Positions 9,444-18,684 of a stretch of DNA of 64,000 nucleotides are shown one piece after another. The notes beneath the pieces were generated by a model. The model worked only from the letters and a program-made list of their open reading frames with translations, did no database searches and was not told the DNA's origin. The position numbers and the translations under genes were made by a program. The DNA is from Candidatus Woesearchaeota archaeon (GTDB lineage Archaea; Nanobdellota; Nanobdellia; Woesearchaeales; GW2011-AR9), in contig JBAYIU010000001.1 in NCBI GenBank assembly GCA_041665465.1, positions 1,081,733 through 1,145,732 on the forward strand, in the 5' to 3' direction. Numbering within the stretch: the stretch's first letter is position 1; every line of letters starts with the position of its first letter.

Positions 9444-9963
9444 ACATGTTTTTGTAATGTTCGTAGTATTGTCCTAATTCGAAAGCCATGGCTGGACATA
9501 CTTTTTCTGCAAGGGGCAGATAAAATTGCTCACATTCCTCTAAGTAACGTTTTGCTCCTTGAAGAGAAAGAGCTTCTAAGCTGGTCATGTTGTGCAATCT
9601 ATCCGCTAGCTTAACCCTCTGCACCCAAATCGGTGCTTCCAACAATCGGTTCTTGTACTGCTCTCGGTCAACGTTCCGGGTCAATAAATACACTCCTTGA
9701 GCTACGCTTTCCCCAAACACGGACTTTATTTGGTCTAAAGTAAGTGCAGTATCTTCAACCGTATCATGTAGCCAAGCTGTAGCTAGGGCAGTTTCTTCTT
9801 GAACACCATATCTGCGAAGCAATTCCGCGACTGCTGCCGGATGAGTCACATATGGAGAACCATCCTTTTTTCTAAACTGTCCTGCATGATACCTTTCAGC
9901 GTATAATCTAGCGATATCTTCGGATCCCATTTTTACTTTCCTCAATTTGATGGTATGTTTCAA
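9430..9963 (-). CDS. HD-domain (p)ppGpp hydrolase-like protein (RelA/SpoT-type small alarmone hydrolase)
   Basis: HAGQFRKKDGSPYVTHP...WLHDTVEDT...VKLADRLHNM is the RSH hydrolase signature. About 165-177 aa and single-domain. The true start may be the internal Met at MGSEDI. Confidence 0.75.
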   Translation of the reverse strand: MKHTIKLRKVKMGSEDIARLYAERYHAGQFRKKDGSPYVTHPAAVAELLRRYGVQEETALATAWLHDTVEDTALTLDQIKSVFGESVAQGVYLLTRNVDREQYKNRLLEAPIWVQRVKLADRLHNMTSLEALSLQGAKRYLEECEQFYLPLAEKVCPAMAFELGQYYEHYKNMFGGN

Positions 9964-10186
9964 GGTCTATCTTAATCCAAAATGGGTCTCCAGACGGACG
10001 AGAATATTCATCCGGAACTGAATCTGGCATTGTTCCCCAATAATCCTTTATGAATTGTTGACGATCTTCCACACTCAAGTGCAAGCTGTATCCGTCTGGT
10101 CTGATCCCCCATCCTCTCTCAGATTCATCCCATTCTTGTTTTACTACTAATTTTTCTTCCAATGATGTCATTTTAATTACCTCCAA
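9908..10186 (-). CDS. Hypothetical small protein upstream of the HD hydrolase
   Basis: 92-aa ORF overlapping the HD gene start. GC is elevated. Confidence 0.35.
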   Translation of the reverse strand: MEVIKMTSLEEKLVVKQEWDESERGWGIRPDGYSLHLSVEDRQQFIKDYWGTMPDSVPDEYSRPSGDPFWIKIDLETYHQIEESKNGIRRYR

Positions 10187-10302
10187 TCTAATACTTTATA
10201 CTCATTCAAGATATTTATAGTTTAAATTAAGACAAAATAACTAGACTATTACAAGTTAAAACAAACAAAAAGTTTAAATAAGAAACAAACAACTCTTCCC
10301 TC

Positions 10303-11163
10303 ATGGAAAAGAAACTCACCGCTCAAGGACCTAAAGATCGTAAGTCTTATACTGTAACTCTGCCCATAGAATGGGTCAAGTCTCAGCATCTTGACAAGAC
10401 GAAAATCATTATGATGAAAGTGGTGGGTAGTCGAGTGGTTTTATCTACCAGAAAAGAAACGCTTGAACATGAAGTGATTGATGGTGAAGCACATTCTAAT
10501 TCTCTGATTAAAGTGTTGCAGGGGTTATATCGACTCGGGGTAAATGAGATCAAGATCACTTACAAGAATCCCAAGGTCATCACTGCTGTTTCTCAGATTG
10601 TTAATGAAAAATTAATCGGCTACGAAGTCATGGAGCAAAAACCCAATTATTTAATCTTGCAAGATATTACTAGAGAATCTAGTGAAGATTTTGAGGTTAT
10701 CTTAAGAAGAATCTTTCTTCTGATGATGGAATTAATGAATTGCCAAGAAGAAACCCAAACCAACAGTTTGTTCAACAATATGAAAAAGTTGATTAACTAT
10801 TGTCAGAGAATTCTAGCCAAGTGGGGATCTTCCGATTTTCTTAAGACTCCTTTCTATTACGTTTTGCTTGATCATCTGGAAAAATTAGGTGATGAGTATT
10901 CTTGGATCAATTCTCTTAAGATCAAAGATAAAAATGACCTAGTTACTCTAAAAGAAATCAATCTCTGTGCTAGAAAAGCTTACGAATTATTTTACAAGTT
11001 TGATGCTTCAGAATATGATCATTATGAACATCAAACCTATTTAATCAAACATAGAATAACCTCTTCCGGACATTTAACTGTCTTCGATCTGCACTTGCAT
11101 AATCTAGCCAGAGTTTTGAATACCATTTATGGGGACATTTTTGTGTTAGGGTTTAAGAAGTAA
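10303..11163 (+). CDS. AbrB/SpoVT-N-terminal, PhoU-like C-terminal regulator (paralog 1 of 4)
   Basis: N-terminus KSYTVTLPIEWVKSQHLDKTKIIMMKV is a swapped-hairpin AbrB-like domain. The C-terminus is helical and PhoU-like. Same architecture as 20560-21489, 24940-25860 and 52515-53432. Confidence 0.65.
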   Translation: MEKKLTAQGPKDRKSYTVTLPIEWVKSQHLDKTKIIMMKVVGSRVVLSTRKETLEHEVIDGEAHSNSLIKVLQGLYRLGVNEIKITYKNPKVITAVSQIVNEKLIGYEVMEQKPNYLILQDITRESSEDFEVILRRIFLLMMELMNCQEETQTNSLFNNMKKLINYCQRILAKWGSSDFLKTPFYYVLLDHLEKLGDEYSWINSLKIKDKNDLVTLKEINLCARKAYELFYKFDASEYDHYEHQTYLIKHRITSSGHLTVFDLHLHNLARVLNTIYGDIFVLGFKK

Positions 11164-11170
11164 CTTATTC

Positions 11171-12181
11171 TTACTCCCAACAGATCTTTGGGAAATAAGT
11201 ATAATAATGTTCTTCATACCCCATCAGGATCTCATAATCTTTTAACTCTGGAGAAAAATGTTCTTTTAATTCAATCATGGTTTGATAGAACTCTTCGGTT
11301 CTTTTCACACAAAGATAGATGATCACATTAAACTTTCCAATGGTCTTGCTAGCCCAAATCACATTTTTATTAAACTTTAAGAAAGAACCTAGCTGTTGAT
11401 CTTTTTTTTCATCTAAGTTATGCAAATCTAGCAATAGGAAATATACTGTATATCCGATGTTAGAATAACTAATAATAGGAGAAAACTTTTGGATTATCCC
11501 TGCTTCTTGCATCCTCTTTATGCGATAACTAATGGTATCAGAAGATGTTCTGGTCATTTCTGCTAGTTTAAACAGGGGAATGGTGGCATTAAGAGATAAT
11601 TGTTTTAACACCAGTAAGTCTGTTTTATCTAAACTCCCTTCTTGTGTCTTCTTCTTTACATTGAGGTTCTCCTCCTTAAGATGAAGAAAGCTTCTTGGTA
11701 CTGCCTTATTAATATAATTCTTGGATATAATCAAGAGTTCATATTCTTTAAGATAGGAAGAAAGGTCTTTGATAATTTTGTTCACGACTAGATCTAATTC
11801 TGAAATATCCTTTGCAGCGATACTTACTTCAAAATTATACTTGCCAATGATTTCTATTACTGCTTTAATATAAGGGTTGGATTTAAGTAATCTAACTACG
11901 GTTGAGGTTACTTCTTTGTTTAACTGGTTCAATTGAAGAAATAAGTGATAGGTGTTATATCCTAATTTATTTAGATTCACCAAAACTAGATATCCTTGAA
12001 TTAGACCTTGTTTTTCCAGATTGTTAATTCGGTATCTTACTGAATCCTTAGACAAACCTACCTGCTTAGCAATAATAGTATTAGGAAGACGAGCATTTTC
12101 AGAGAGAAGAGCAAGAATCTTTTTGTCTTTTAAGTCAATCTTTATCTCTTTTTCCGAAATTATTCTTTGATTGAATCGCAT
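11171..12181 (-). CDS. Lrp/AsnC-family transcriptional regulator, tandem two-domain form
   Basis: Two HTH_AsnC units (DKKILALLSENARLPNTIIAKQVGLSKDSV...; DLLVLKQLSLNATIPLFKLAEMTRTSSDTISYRIKRM). 336 aa. Confidence 0.7.
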   Translation of the reverse strand: MRFNQRIISEKEIKIDLKDKKILALLSENARLPNTIIAKQVGLSKDSVRYRINNLEKQGLIQGYLVLVNLNKLGYNTYHLFLQLNQLNKEVTSTVVRLLKSNPYIKAVIEIIGKYNFEVSIAAKDISELDLVVNKIIKDLSSYLKEYELLIISKNYINKAVPRSFLHLKEENLNVKKKTQEGSLDKTDLLVLKQLSLNATIPLFKLAEMTRTSSDTISYRIKRMQEAGIIQKFSPIISYSNIGYTVYFLLLDLHNLDEKKDQQLGSFLKFNKNVIWASKTIGKFNVIIYLCVKRTEEFYQTMIELKEHFSPELKDYEILMGYEEHYYTYFPKICWE

Positions 12182-12190
12182 CTATTATTA

Positions 12191-12230
12191 TCTTAAAACT
12201 TATTTTCTATTTAAATATTGCGTTTTAAGA
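12191..12230. promoter_or_regulatory. 9-bp inverted repeat (TCTTAAAAC ... GTTTTAAGA) bracketing a TATA-like element, between the Lrp gene and the radical SAM operon
   Basis: Arms at 12191-12199 and 12222-12230 with a 22-nt AT-rich spacer (tattttctatttaaatattgc). Confidence 0.45.
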
Positions 12231-12278
12231 TTAAAAAACAGTTAGAAGTTTCTTCATTGCCTTTTAATTTATGTCTCT

Positions 12279-13361
12279 GTGATCTTGATGGAAGATAAAC
12301 TAAATACCTCTTTGGTGGCGGGATGGTCGTTTACTAAACGTTGTAATTTACGTTGTATTCACTGCTATGGTTCTTCTGGATGTAGAGCACCAGACGAATT
12401 AACTTTAGAAGAAGCCTTAAATGTGGCTGATAAACTTAAGACTTCTTGTGTAGAAGCAGTAAATTTTGGTGGAGGGGAATGTTGTCTTAGGGAAGATTTT
12501 ATTCCTTTATGTGAACGCTTACACTCTTTGGGTATAAAGATATCTTATACCACCAATGGAACTACCCTAAACAGAATCAGATCCCATCTATATTTATTTA
12601 ACGATGTGGGGGTTAGCTTAGATTTTCCGGATGCAGAAAGGCACGATTATTTTCGAGGAGGAAAAGGCATCTTTGCTAAAGCAGTGTCATCGTTACAAGA
12701 ATTAGTTGAAAGGGGGGTTGATACGGAGATAGTTACTTGTTTAACCAAGATGAATTGCTCTGAGAAAGATCTTTCTGATATGTATCAATTAGCCAAAGAG
12801 GTAGGAGTAGATTATTGGAGATTAAATCGTTTCAGAGCTAATGGTAGAGGGAAAGAGAATCAGAGTACACTTTCACTAACTCCAGAAGACCTCAGGAAAG
12901 CTTATACTTTTCTTTCTCAGTATGTGGATAATTCAGTTTCTGTTCCTGAACCAATCTATCGGGCTGCTTTTGGGGGTAAGTATACTTTTCCTGGAGATCC
13001 TTCAGGATATACTGCTTTTAGAATTCAACCTAATGGAGAAGTAAGTCCTTCAGTGTTCTTGACTGAAAGCGGAGGTAACATCAAGTATAATTCTCTCTCC
13101 GAGATTCTCGGTTCTCCTATCTTTAGATCAATCCGAGAAAGAAATCCGCAAGGAAAGTGTCAATCCTGTTCTGCTTACTCTCACTGTAAAGGAGGAGATG
13201 CAGGAGCTTCTTACTTAGAATATGGACATTTCAATGGTCCTGATCCTCTTTGTTGGCTTAGTGATAATGACATTAGGGGAATTGTTCAGCAGGAAATAAG
13301 TGAGACTTGGAACGTTCATGAGCGTTACCTTTGCACTCTTTATGTTCCTGTAAGAAAATAA
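12279..13361 (+). CDS. Radical SAM protein with a Cys-rich C-terminal auxiliary-cluster (SPASM/twitch-like) region
   Basis: CNLRCIHC (CxxxCxxC) motif, the GGGEC SAM-binding motif, and C-terminal GKCQSCSAYSHCKGGDAG...DPLCW. Confidence 0.75.
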   Translation: MILMEDKLNTSLVAGWSFTKRCNLRCIHCYGSSGCRAPDELTLEEALNVADKLKTSCVEAVNFGGGECCLREDFIPLCERLHSLGIKISYTTNGTTLNRIRSHLYLFNDVGVSLDFPDAERHDYFRGGKGIFAKAVSSLQELVERGVDTEIVTCLTKMNCSEKDLSDMYQLAKEVGVDYWRLNRFRANGRGKENQSTLSLTPEDLRKAYTFLSQYVDNSVSVPEPIYRAAFGGKYTFPGDPSGYTAFRIQPNGEVSPSVFLTESGGNIKYNSLSEILGSPIFRSIRERNPQGKCQSCSAYSHCKGGDAGASYLEYGHFNGPDPLCWLSDNDIRGIVQQEISETWNVHERYLCTLYVPVRK

Positions 13362-13374
13362 TGGAGGTATAACT

Positions 13375-14373
13375 ATGGTCGAACATCAAAAATTGCCGAA
13401 ACTAGACTTGAACATTACTAATCGATGTAATCTACGTTGTAAACATTGTGCTTTCGATTCTGGAGTAGAACAAATGTCAGAAATGAGTTTAGAAAAGATC
13501 TTGGAGGTCTTGCACCAAACCAGAGAATTAGGTGGATCTAAAGTGGATATTACTGGAGGAGAACCAACTCTACGAGATGATTACCTGAAGATTATTAAAG
13601 GTGCTAAAGAGATGGGGTATCAAGTAGAATTAGTCACTAACTCTCTGCGGTTAGATCATTCTACTTTAAAGACACTTCATTCATTAGATCTAGACAGTTT
13701 AGCGGTTAGCTTAGATGGATATACTTGGCAAACGCATGGTTTAATTCGTAATACCTCCTCAGAAGAGTTTGAGAAAGTAGTTAGAAATATTTCTGATGCA
13801 GTTAATTTGGGAATAAAAACCAAGATTAACACTTTAGCTTGTCAAGAAAATATGGAAGAGATTCCTCGGATTATTCAACTGGGAGAAGAGAAAGGAGTGA
13901 AAGAGGTAGGATTATATTATTTCACTCCCGTGGGAAGAGGAGCTCACCAGAATTTGCATTCTGTGGAACCTCTTACTTGGTTAAGATTTGTCCGAGAGAG
14001 ACTGGATCGAGAGTATACTCTTAAAGTTTCTTTAGAGATACCTTTGATTGAGAAAGAATTATACTCCCCTAAAATGGGGTGTATTTGGGATGTTGATCCT
14101 TTCCATCTTCAGATCTTACCCGAAGGAAAAACTTATCCTTGCGCCATCATGGCGTCTTATCATCTCCCTATTGGTAATTTGTATCATCAGAACATTAGTG
14201 AAATCTGGAAAGATGAATCTGTCTGGAGCAGGTATCATTCTCAGTTAGAAGGACACTTTAATAGGAACAAGGGGGGTTGTGTAGCTTTCCGAGACTTCGA
14301 TCTAAAAGATTATCCAGGATATTCTTTTGTTTGTCCATTAAGAAAATATTCTCCGCAAGAGGTGAGAAGATGA
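13375..14373 (+). CDS. Radical SAM protein, second of the tandem pair, with a C-terminal Cys-rich region
   Basis: CNLRCKHC, GGEPTLR, C-terminal YPCAIMASY...GGCVAF...FVCP. Good RBS-like GGAGG upstream. Confidence 0.75.
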   Translation: MVEHQKLPKLDLNITNRCNLRCKHCAFDSGVEQMSEMSLEKILEVLHQTRELGGSKVDITGGEPTLRDDYLKIIKGAKEMGYQVELVTNSLRLDHSTLKTLHSLDLDSLAVSLDGYTWQTHGLIRNTSSEEFEKVVRNISDAVNLGIKTKINTLACQENMEEIPRIIQLGEEKGVKEVGLYYFTPVGRGAHQNLHSVEPLTWLRFVRERLDREYTLKVSLEIPLIEKELYSPKMGCIWDVDPFHLQILPEGKTYPCAIMASYHLPIGNLYHQNISEIWKDESVWSRYHSQLEGHFNRNKGGCVAFRDFDLKDYPGYSFVCPLRKYSPQEVRR

Positions 14374-14945
14374 GCAACTTATTTGTGGTCGGTGAGGGAG
14401 TGGATAAGGGAGGAAAAACCAGCGTCTTAAAGTACGTGTGCAACCAGCTAACCAAAGAAGGGGCTGATGCTGTTTATCGCAAAGGGATTAAAGGGGACGG
14501 TTACTTGGCTAAACTTTCTTCCGTTTATCCTTCTACACCTACTTTCTTGTTGGAGCAGATGGAGCAGAATATTAACTTATATCTCCGAACAGGGATAGTT
14601 TTACAAGATCGGTGGTATTATTCGGTTGTTTCTTATCCTGAAAATGGAGTTGGTTCTGATATAATCAGTAAGGTGGTCACTCCTTTTCTAAGAGAGCCGG
14701 ACTTACTTCTTTATTTCACTTGTTCTTTGGAGGAGAGATTAAGAAGATTAGAACAAGAACCAACCCGAGAACATCTGGATCTAATTAATCATCCAGAGAA
14801 GATTGAAGAATGGGAAAACAAGTTGTTAGAACATTATGTTCAATTCTCTGGAACTAAATATTTAATTGATACGACCTACAGAAGGGTGGAAGAAAGCGGA
14901 GAAGAGGTGTTGGATTTGATTAAACTTGGATTAAGTCGCTCCTAA
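14370..14945 (+). CDS. Thymidylate-kinase-like P-loop nucleotide kinase, translationally coupled to the radical SAM gene
   Basis: The ATG overlaps the upstream TGA as ATGA. P-loop VVGEGVDKGGKTS; DRWYYSVVSY matches the Tmk DRY..S..AYQ region; lid-like PDLLLYF...RLRRL. Confidence 0.6.
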   Translation: MSNLFVVGEGVDKGGKTSVLKYVCNQLTKEGADAVYRKGIKGDGYLAKLSSVYPSTPTFLLEQMEQNINLYLRTGIVLQDRWYYSVVSYPENGVGSDIISKVVTPFLREPDLLLYFTCSLEERLRRLEQEPTREHLDLINHPEKIEEWENKLLEHYVQFSGTKYLIDTTYRRVEESGEEVLDLIKLGLSRS

Positions 14946-14952
14946 AGTAAAT

Positions 14953-16680
14953 CTATCTCATATGTTCCGCTTTAGGATGTTCATGCCCTAATGCTTTTCT
15001 TTTCTGGAGATATGCTTGATGTTTAACCTTTTCTTTTAAGAATTTATTAAAATCAAACTCATACTCCTCAAGCAAAGTGGCCATATAATTTCCACCGACA
15101 AAATGGGGCATTAATACATAACAAGCACCTTGTTCATAGAATTTTAAAGCATCATCAATTTGGTGAGCGATAGTGATAATAATAATATTCTTGTTCGTTT
15201 GCTTAGCTTGACTGATTAATAATAAATTTGTATCAGGGTCAGGAATGGTAGATATGATCATTTTTACTTTCTTAAAGTTCAACTGGTTAAGTAATTCTAT
15301 ATCTCCGGCATCTCCATACTTACAATCAATTTTATTCTTAGTAAGATCAATAATGGTGTTGGGATTAAAATCAATCACTAAACAGCGTTTCTTTTGTCTT
15401 TTTAACGATTCTAAGATATCATATCCTACTCGGTTCTGTCCGAACAGAATTACATCATACCCTTTTTCACTATGGAGTTTAAATTCATCAACTTTTCTTC
15501 CACGACGTTCTAAGAATCCCAAAAATGGAGCAAACTTATTGTAAATTTTTTCCGAATAAAGTATTAGATAAGAAGAACTGGCCAGAGAAATAAGTCCAAC
15601 TAAAGTAATGAAGGAAGTAATGTTCTGGTCAAGATGACCTAACTTTGTACCTAAAGCGATTAAGATGAAAGAAAATTCGCTTACTTGAGCTAAACTAATT
15701 CCAGTAATAAAACTGTTTCTTTTAGTATATCCTAATAATCCGATTATGCTCATAATAATTAAGGGTTTTATTACTAGAATAAAGAGAGTAATAACCACTA
15801 ACGGAATGATTAATTCTTGTAAACTGCCAAATTGCATTTGTGAACCGAGAATGATAAAGAACAAAATCAAGAAAAAGTCACGTAATGGTTTAACTTTAGA
15901 ACTGATCTCGTTATGATACGGAGTCATAGATAGAGTTATACCGGCAATGAGTGCTCCGATCTCAATCGAGAATCCTAAATAATGAAAAAATGCGGCTAAG
16001 GCTAAGCACCATCCGATAGAAAAAACTAATAAAAATTCTTGAGACTTAGCTACAAAATTACTCATCTTGGGAAGTAGATAATATCCAAAGAGAATTAGTA
16101 AAGCTACTGCCGCTAATCCTTTTATTAACAAAGCAATAGTGTACTGAGATAAACTCATTCCCTGCATCCCTCCCCACGCAGAGGAGATAAACATTAAGGC
16201 GATAATCGCTAGTAAGTCTTGAATTAGCAGAATTCCAAGAGCCATTCTTCCATACAGAGTTTCTAAAGTATTTTTGTCTGAAAGAAGTTTTACTACCACG
16301 ATGGTGCTGCTAAAAGTTAAAGCAAGGGTGAGGTAGATTGAGGGGGTGGTAGAAATAGAGAATCCAAAGTGAAGTATCATGAATCCTAAGAATCCGGTTA
16401 TCAACACTTGTCCAACCCCAGCGATGGTTGCAACTAATCCTACTTCTTTGATAAGTTTAGGATTTAATCCCAATCCTACTATAAATAGTAGTAAAGCTAT
16501 TCCTACTTCAGAAAAAGTAGTAAAAGCATCGTTTACAGAAACAATCTTCAGAAATAATGGTCCGGCTAAGATCCCGGCAAGAATATATCCCACAATCAAG
16601 GGCTGTTTAAGCAGGCGGATAAAGAAGGAAATAATAATCACTAAAATAATCATCAAACTAATTTCAGTAAATAAGTTCAT
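14953..16680 (-). CDS. CPA2-family cation/proton antiporter (Kef-type) with a C-terminal RCK/TrkA-N domain
   Basis: About 12 TM helices at the N-terminus, then YDVILFGQNRVGYDILESL Rossmann and RCK-C motifs. 575 aa. Confidence 0.8.
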   Translation of the reverse strand: MNLFTEISLMIILVIIISFFIRLLKQPLIVGYILAGILAGPLFLKIVSVNDAFTTFSEVGIALLLFIVGLGLNPKLIKEVGLVATIAGVGQVLITGFLGFMILHFGFSISTTPSIYLTLALTFSSTIVVVKLLSDKNTLETLYGRMALGILLIQDLLAIIALMFISSAWGGMQGMSLSQYTIALLIKGLAAVALLILFGYYLLPKMSNFVAKSQEFLLVFSIGWCLALAAFFHYLGFSIEIGALIAGITLSMTPYHNEISSKVKPLRDFFLILFFIILGSQMQFGSLQELIIPLVVITLFILVIKPLIIMSIIGLLGYTKRNSFITGISLAQVSEFSFILIALGTKLGHLDQNITSFITLVGLISLASSSYLILYSEKIYNKFAPFLGFLERRGRKVDEFKLHSEKGYDVILFGQNRVGYDILESLKRQKKRCLVIDFNPNTIIDLTKNKIDCKYGDAGDIELLNQLNFKKVKMIISTIPDPDTNLLLISQAKQTNKNIIIITIAHQIDDALKFYEQGACYVLMPHFVGGNYMATLLEEYEFDFNKFLKEKVKHQAYLQKRKALGHEHPKAEHMR

Positions 16681-16767
16681 CTTGCCTCTTTTTAATAAAT
16701 ATAGGTAAAGTATTTGCTTTTATTAATCTTTCCCCGAGCACAAATAAGCATAACTTAAGGCAGAAAG

Positions 16768-16780
16768 ATTTATAAATAAA
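16768..16780 (+). promoter_or_regulatory. TATA box for tuf, flanked by 8-bp inverted repeats
   Basis: ATTTATAAATAAA. The arms CTTAAGGC (16754-16761) and GCCTTAAG (16801-16808) bracket it. Confidence 0.5.
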
Positions 16781-16887
16781 CTCCCCTCAGAAAATTCATA
16801 GCCTTAAGCGGCTTTAATTGAAATATAAAATAAACCCAAATACGTTAAAATAACCTATTTAATAGGCGAAATGACGGAGGAAAAAAA

Positions 16888-18183
16888 ATGGCTAAGACCA
16901 AAGAACATATCAACTTGGTTTTCATCGGACACGTTGATCACGGTAAGTCTACTACTGTTGGACGTTTACTGTATGATGCAGGTAATATCGATGAGCAAAC
17001 TATGAGAAAATTGAAAGAGAAGGCTGAACAATTAGGTAAGAAAGGGTTCGAATTCGCTTTTGTAATGGATAACTTAAAAGAAGAACAAGAGAGAGGAGTT
17101 ACTATTGATTTATCTCATAAGAGATTTGATACCGATAAGTATTACTTCACTATCATCGATGCTCCTGGACACAGAGATTTCATTAAGAACATGATTACTG
17201 GTGCTGCTCAGGCTGATTGTGCAGTTATTGTTGTTGCTGCTAACGATGGAGTTAACTCTCAGACTATTGAACATTTAAAATTGTCTAAGATTTTCGGTGT
17301 AGGACAGTTAATGGTTGCTGTTAACAAGATGGATATGCCCGGAGTAGACTTTGCTGAGAAGAGATACAAAGAAGTTGTTGAAGACGTTAAGAATCACGCT
17401 AAACAAGCCGGTTGGAACATTGAAAAAGTACGTTTCATCCCCACTGCTTCTTTGATTGGTGAAAATATCACTAAAAAAACCACTAAGATGCCTTGGTGGA
17501 CTGGCGACTGTTTATTAGAAGCTATCAATAAATTTGAAGTACCTAATAAACCGGTCAATTTACCTTTAAGATTGCCTTTACAAGATGTTTATAACATCAC
17601 TGGTATCGGTGTTGTTCCTGTAGGTAGAATTGAAACTGGAATTATGAAAGTTAACGATAAGGTTATCTTCGTTCCCGGTAGAGAAGGTAAGGGAGTACAA
17701 GGAGAAGTCAAATCTATTGAAATGCATCACGAAGCTATCCAGCAAGCTGAACCTGGAGATAATGTCGGGTTCAACGTTAGAGGAGTAGCTAAGAAAGATG
17801 TTCAGAGAGGAGACGTAGTTGGTTTAGTATCTAGTCCTCCTAGTGTCGCTACTGAATTTACTGCCCAAGTAGTTATCTTGAACCATCCTACTGTGGTTAC
17901 TGTTGGTTATACTCCCGTATTCCATATAGGTACTTCACAAGTAGCTTGTCAGTTTGTAGAGATTGTGAAAAAACTCGATCCTGCAACTGGTCAAGAAGTT
18001 ACTGAAGGTAAAGACATCTTAAGAAATGGAGATGCAGCTATCGTTAAGATTCGACCGGTTCAACCTGTCGTTATCGAGAAGAACGCTGAAATTCCTCAGA
18101 TGTCTAGATTTGCTATACGTGATTCCGGTTTAACCGTCGCTGCTGGAATGTGTATAGATATGGTCAAGAAACCTATGTTGTAA
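16888..18183 (+). CDS. tuf: Elongation factor 1-alpha (aEF-1alpha)
   Basis: [14 protein letters not shown] and NKMD motifs. 431 aa. GGAGG Shine-Dalgarno upstream. Confidence 0.95.
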   Translation: MAKTKEHINLVFIGHVDHGKSTTVGRLLYDAGNIDEQTMRKLKEKAEQLGKKGFEFAFVMDNLKEEQERGVTIDLSHKRFDTDKYYFTIIDAPGHRDFIKNMITGAAQADCAVIVVAANDGVNSQTIEHLKLSKIFGVGQLMVAVNKMDMPGVDFAEKRYKEVVEDVKNHAKQAGWNIEKVRFIPTASLIGENITKKTTKMPWWTGDCLLEAINKFEVPNKPVNLPLRLPLQDVYNITGIGVVPVGRIETGIMKVNDKVIFVPGREGKGVQGEVKSIEMHHEAIQQAEPGDNVGFNVRGVAKKDVQRGDVVGLVSSPPSVATEFTAQVVILNHPTVVTVGYTPVFHIGTSQVACQFVEIVKKLDPATGQEVTEGKDILRNGDAAIVKIRPVQPVVIEKNAEIPQMSRFAIRDSGLTVAAGMCIDMVKKPML

Positions 18184-18232
18184 GTAGGTTTTAAATTTTT
18201 TATTTTATTATTTTTATAATCTCAAGGAAACC

Positions 18233-18245
18233 TTTATAAATAAGG
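18233..18245 (+). promoter_or_regulatory. TATA box for rps10
   Basis: CTTTATAAATAAG, about 55 nt upstream of the ATG. The leader contains a perfect palindrome at 18264-18287. Confidence 0.5.
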
Positions 18246-18301
18246 GTCATTCCTAAACGCACACATGATAAAATTGATTTTATCATGTTATACTAATAAA
18301 C

Positions 18302-18616
18302 ATGGCACAAAGAGCAAGAATAAAATTAGCAAGTACAGACATAGACAAGATCAATCAGATTTGTGTTGATATCAAAGATATCGCTCAGAAAACTGGTGTG
18401 GATTTACGTGGTCCTATTCCTTTACCAACTAAGAAGCTAAAGGTAACAACTCGAAAATCTCCTTGTGGCAACGGTAAAGCCAGTTGGGAAAGATACGAGA
18501 TGAGGATTCATAAGCGCTTGATTGACATGAGTGCTGATGAAAGAACCTTAAGGTTGGTCATGCGTGTACCTATCCCCGAAGGTCTCAATATTGAGATTGA
18601 AATGGTGGATAATTAA
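18302..18616 (+). CDS. rps10: 30S ribosomal protein S10
   Basis: RIKLASTD...LRGPIPLPTKK...RSPCGNGK...IHKRLIDM. Conserved tuf-rps10 pairing. Confidence 0.9.
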   Translation: MAQRARIKLASTDIDKINQICVDIKDIAQKTGVDLRGPIPLPTKKLKVTTRKSPCGNGKASWERYEMRIHKRLIDMSADERTLRLVMRVPIPEGLNIEIEMVDN

Positions 18617-18684
18617 TTCTAAATTTTCTTATAATTTTAAATTTATTCTTTAAGCAAGGCTATGTTGCATTTCTCGGATTTGGT

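Noticed and set aside
9423-9614. 63-aa + strand ORF
   Set aside because: Antisense to the HD-hydrolase gene. Spurious.
13839-14248. Small ORFs (13839-14024, 14048-14248) considered as possible RiPP precursor peptides for the radical SAM pair
   Set aside because: Both are alternative frames on the same strand inside the second radical SAM gene, with no independent RBS or promoter. No separate precursor gene is supported.
14277-14369. N-terminal extension of the kinase ORF as given in the ORF track
   Set aside because: The extension overlaps the radical SAM gene end in another frame. The conserved P-loop begins right after the Met at 14370, which is translationally coupled (ATGA) to the upstream stop.
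16379-16708. 109-aa + strand ORF
   Set aside because: Antisense within the Kef-type antiporter gene. Spurious.
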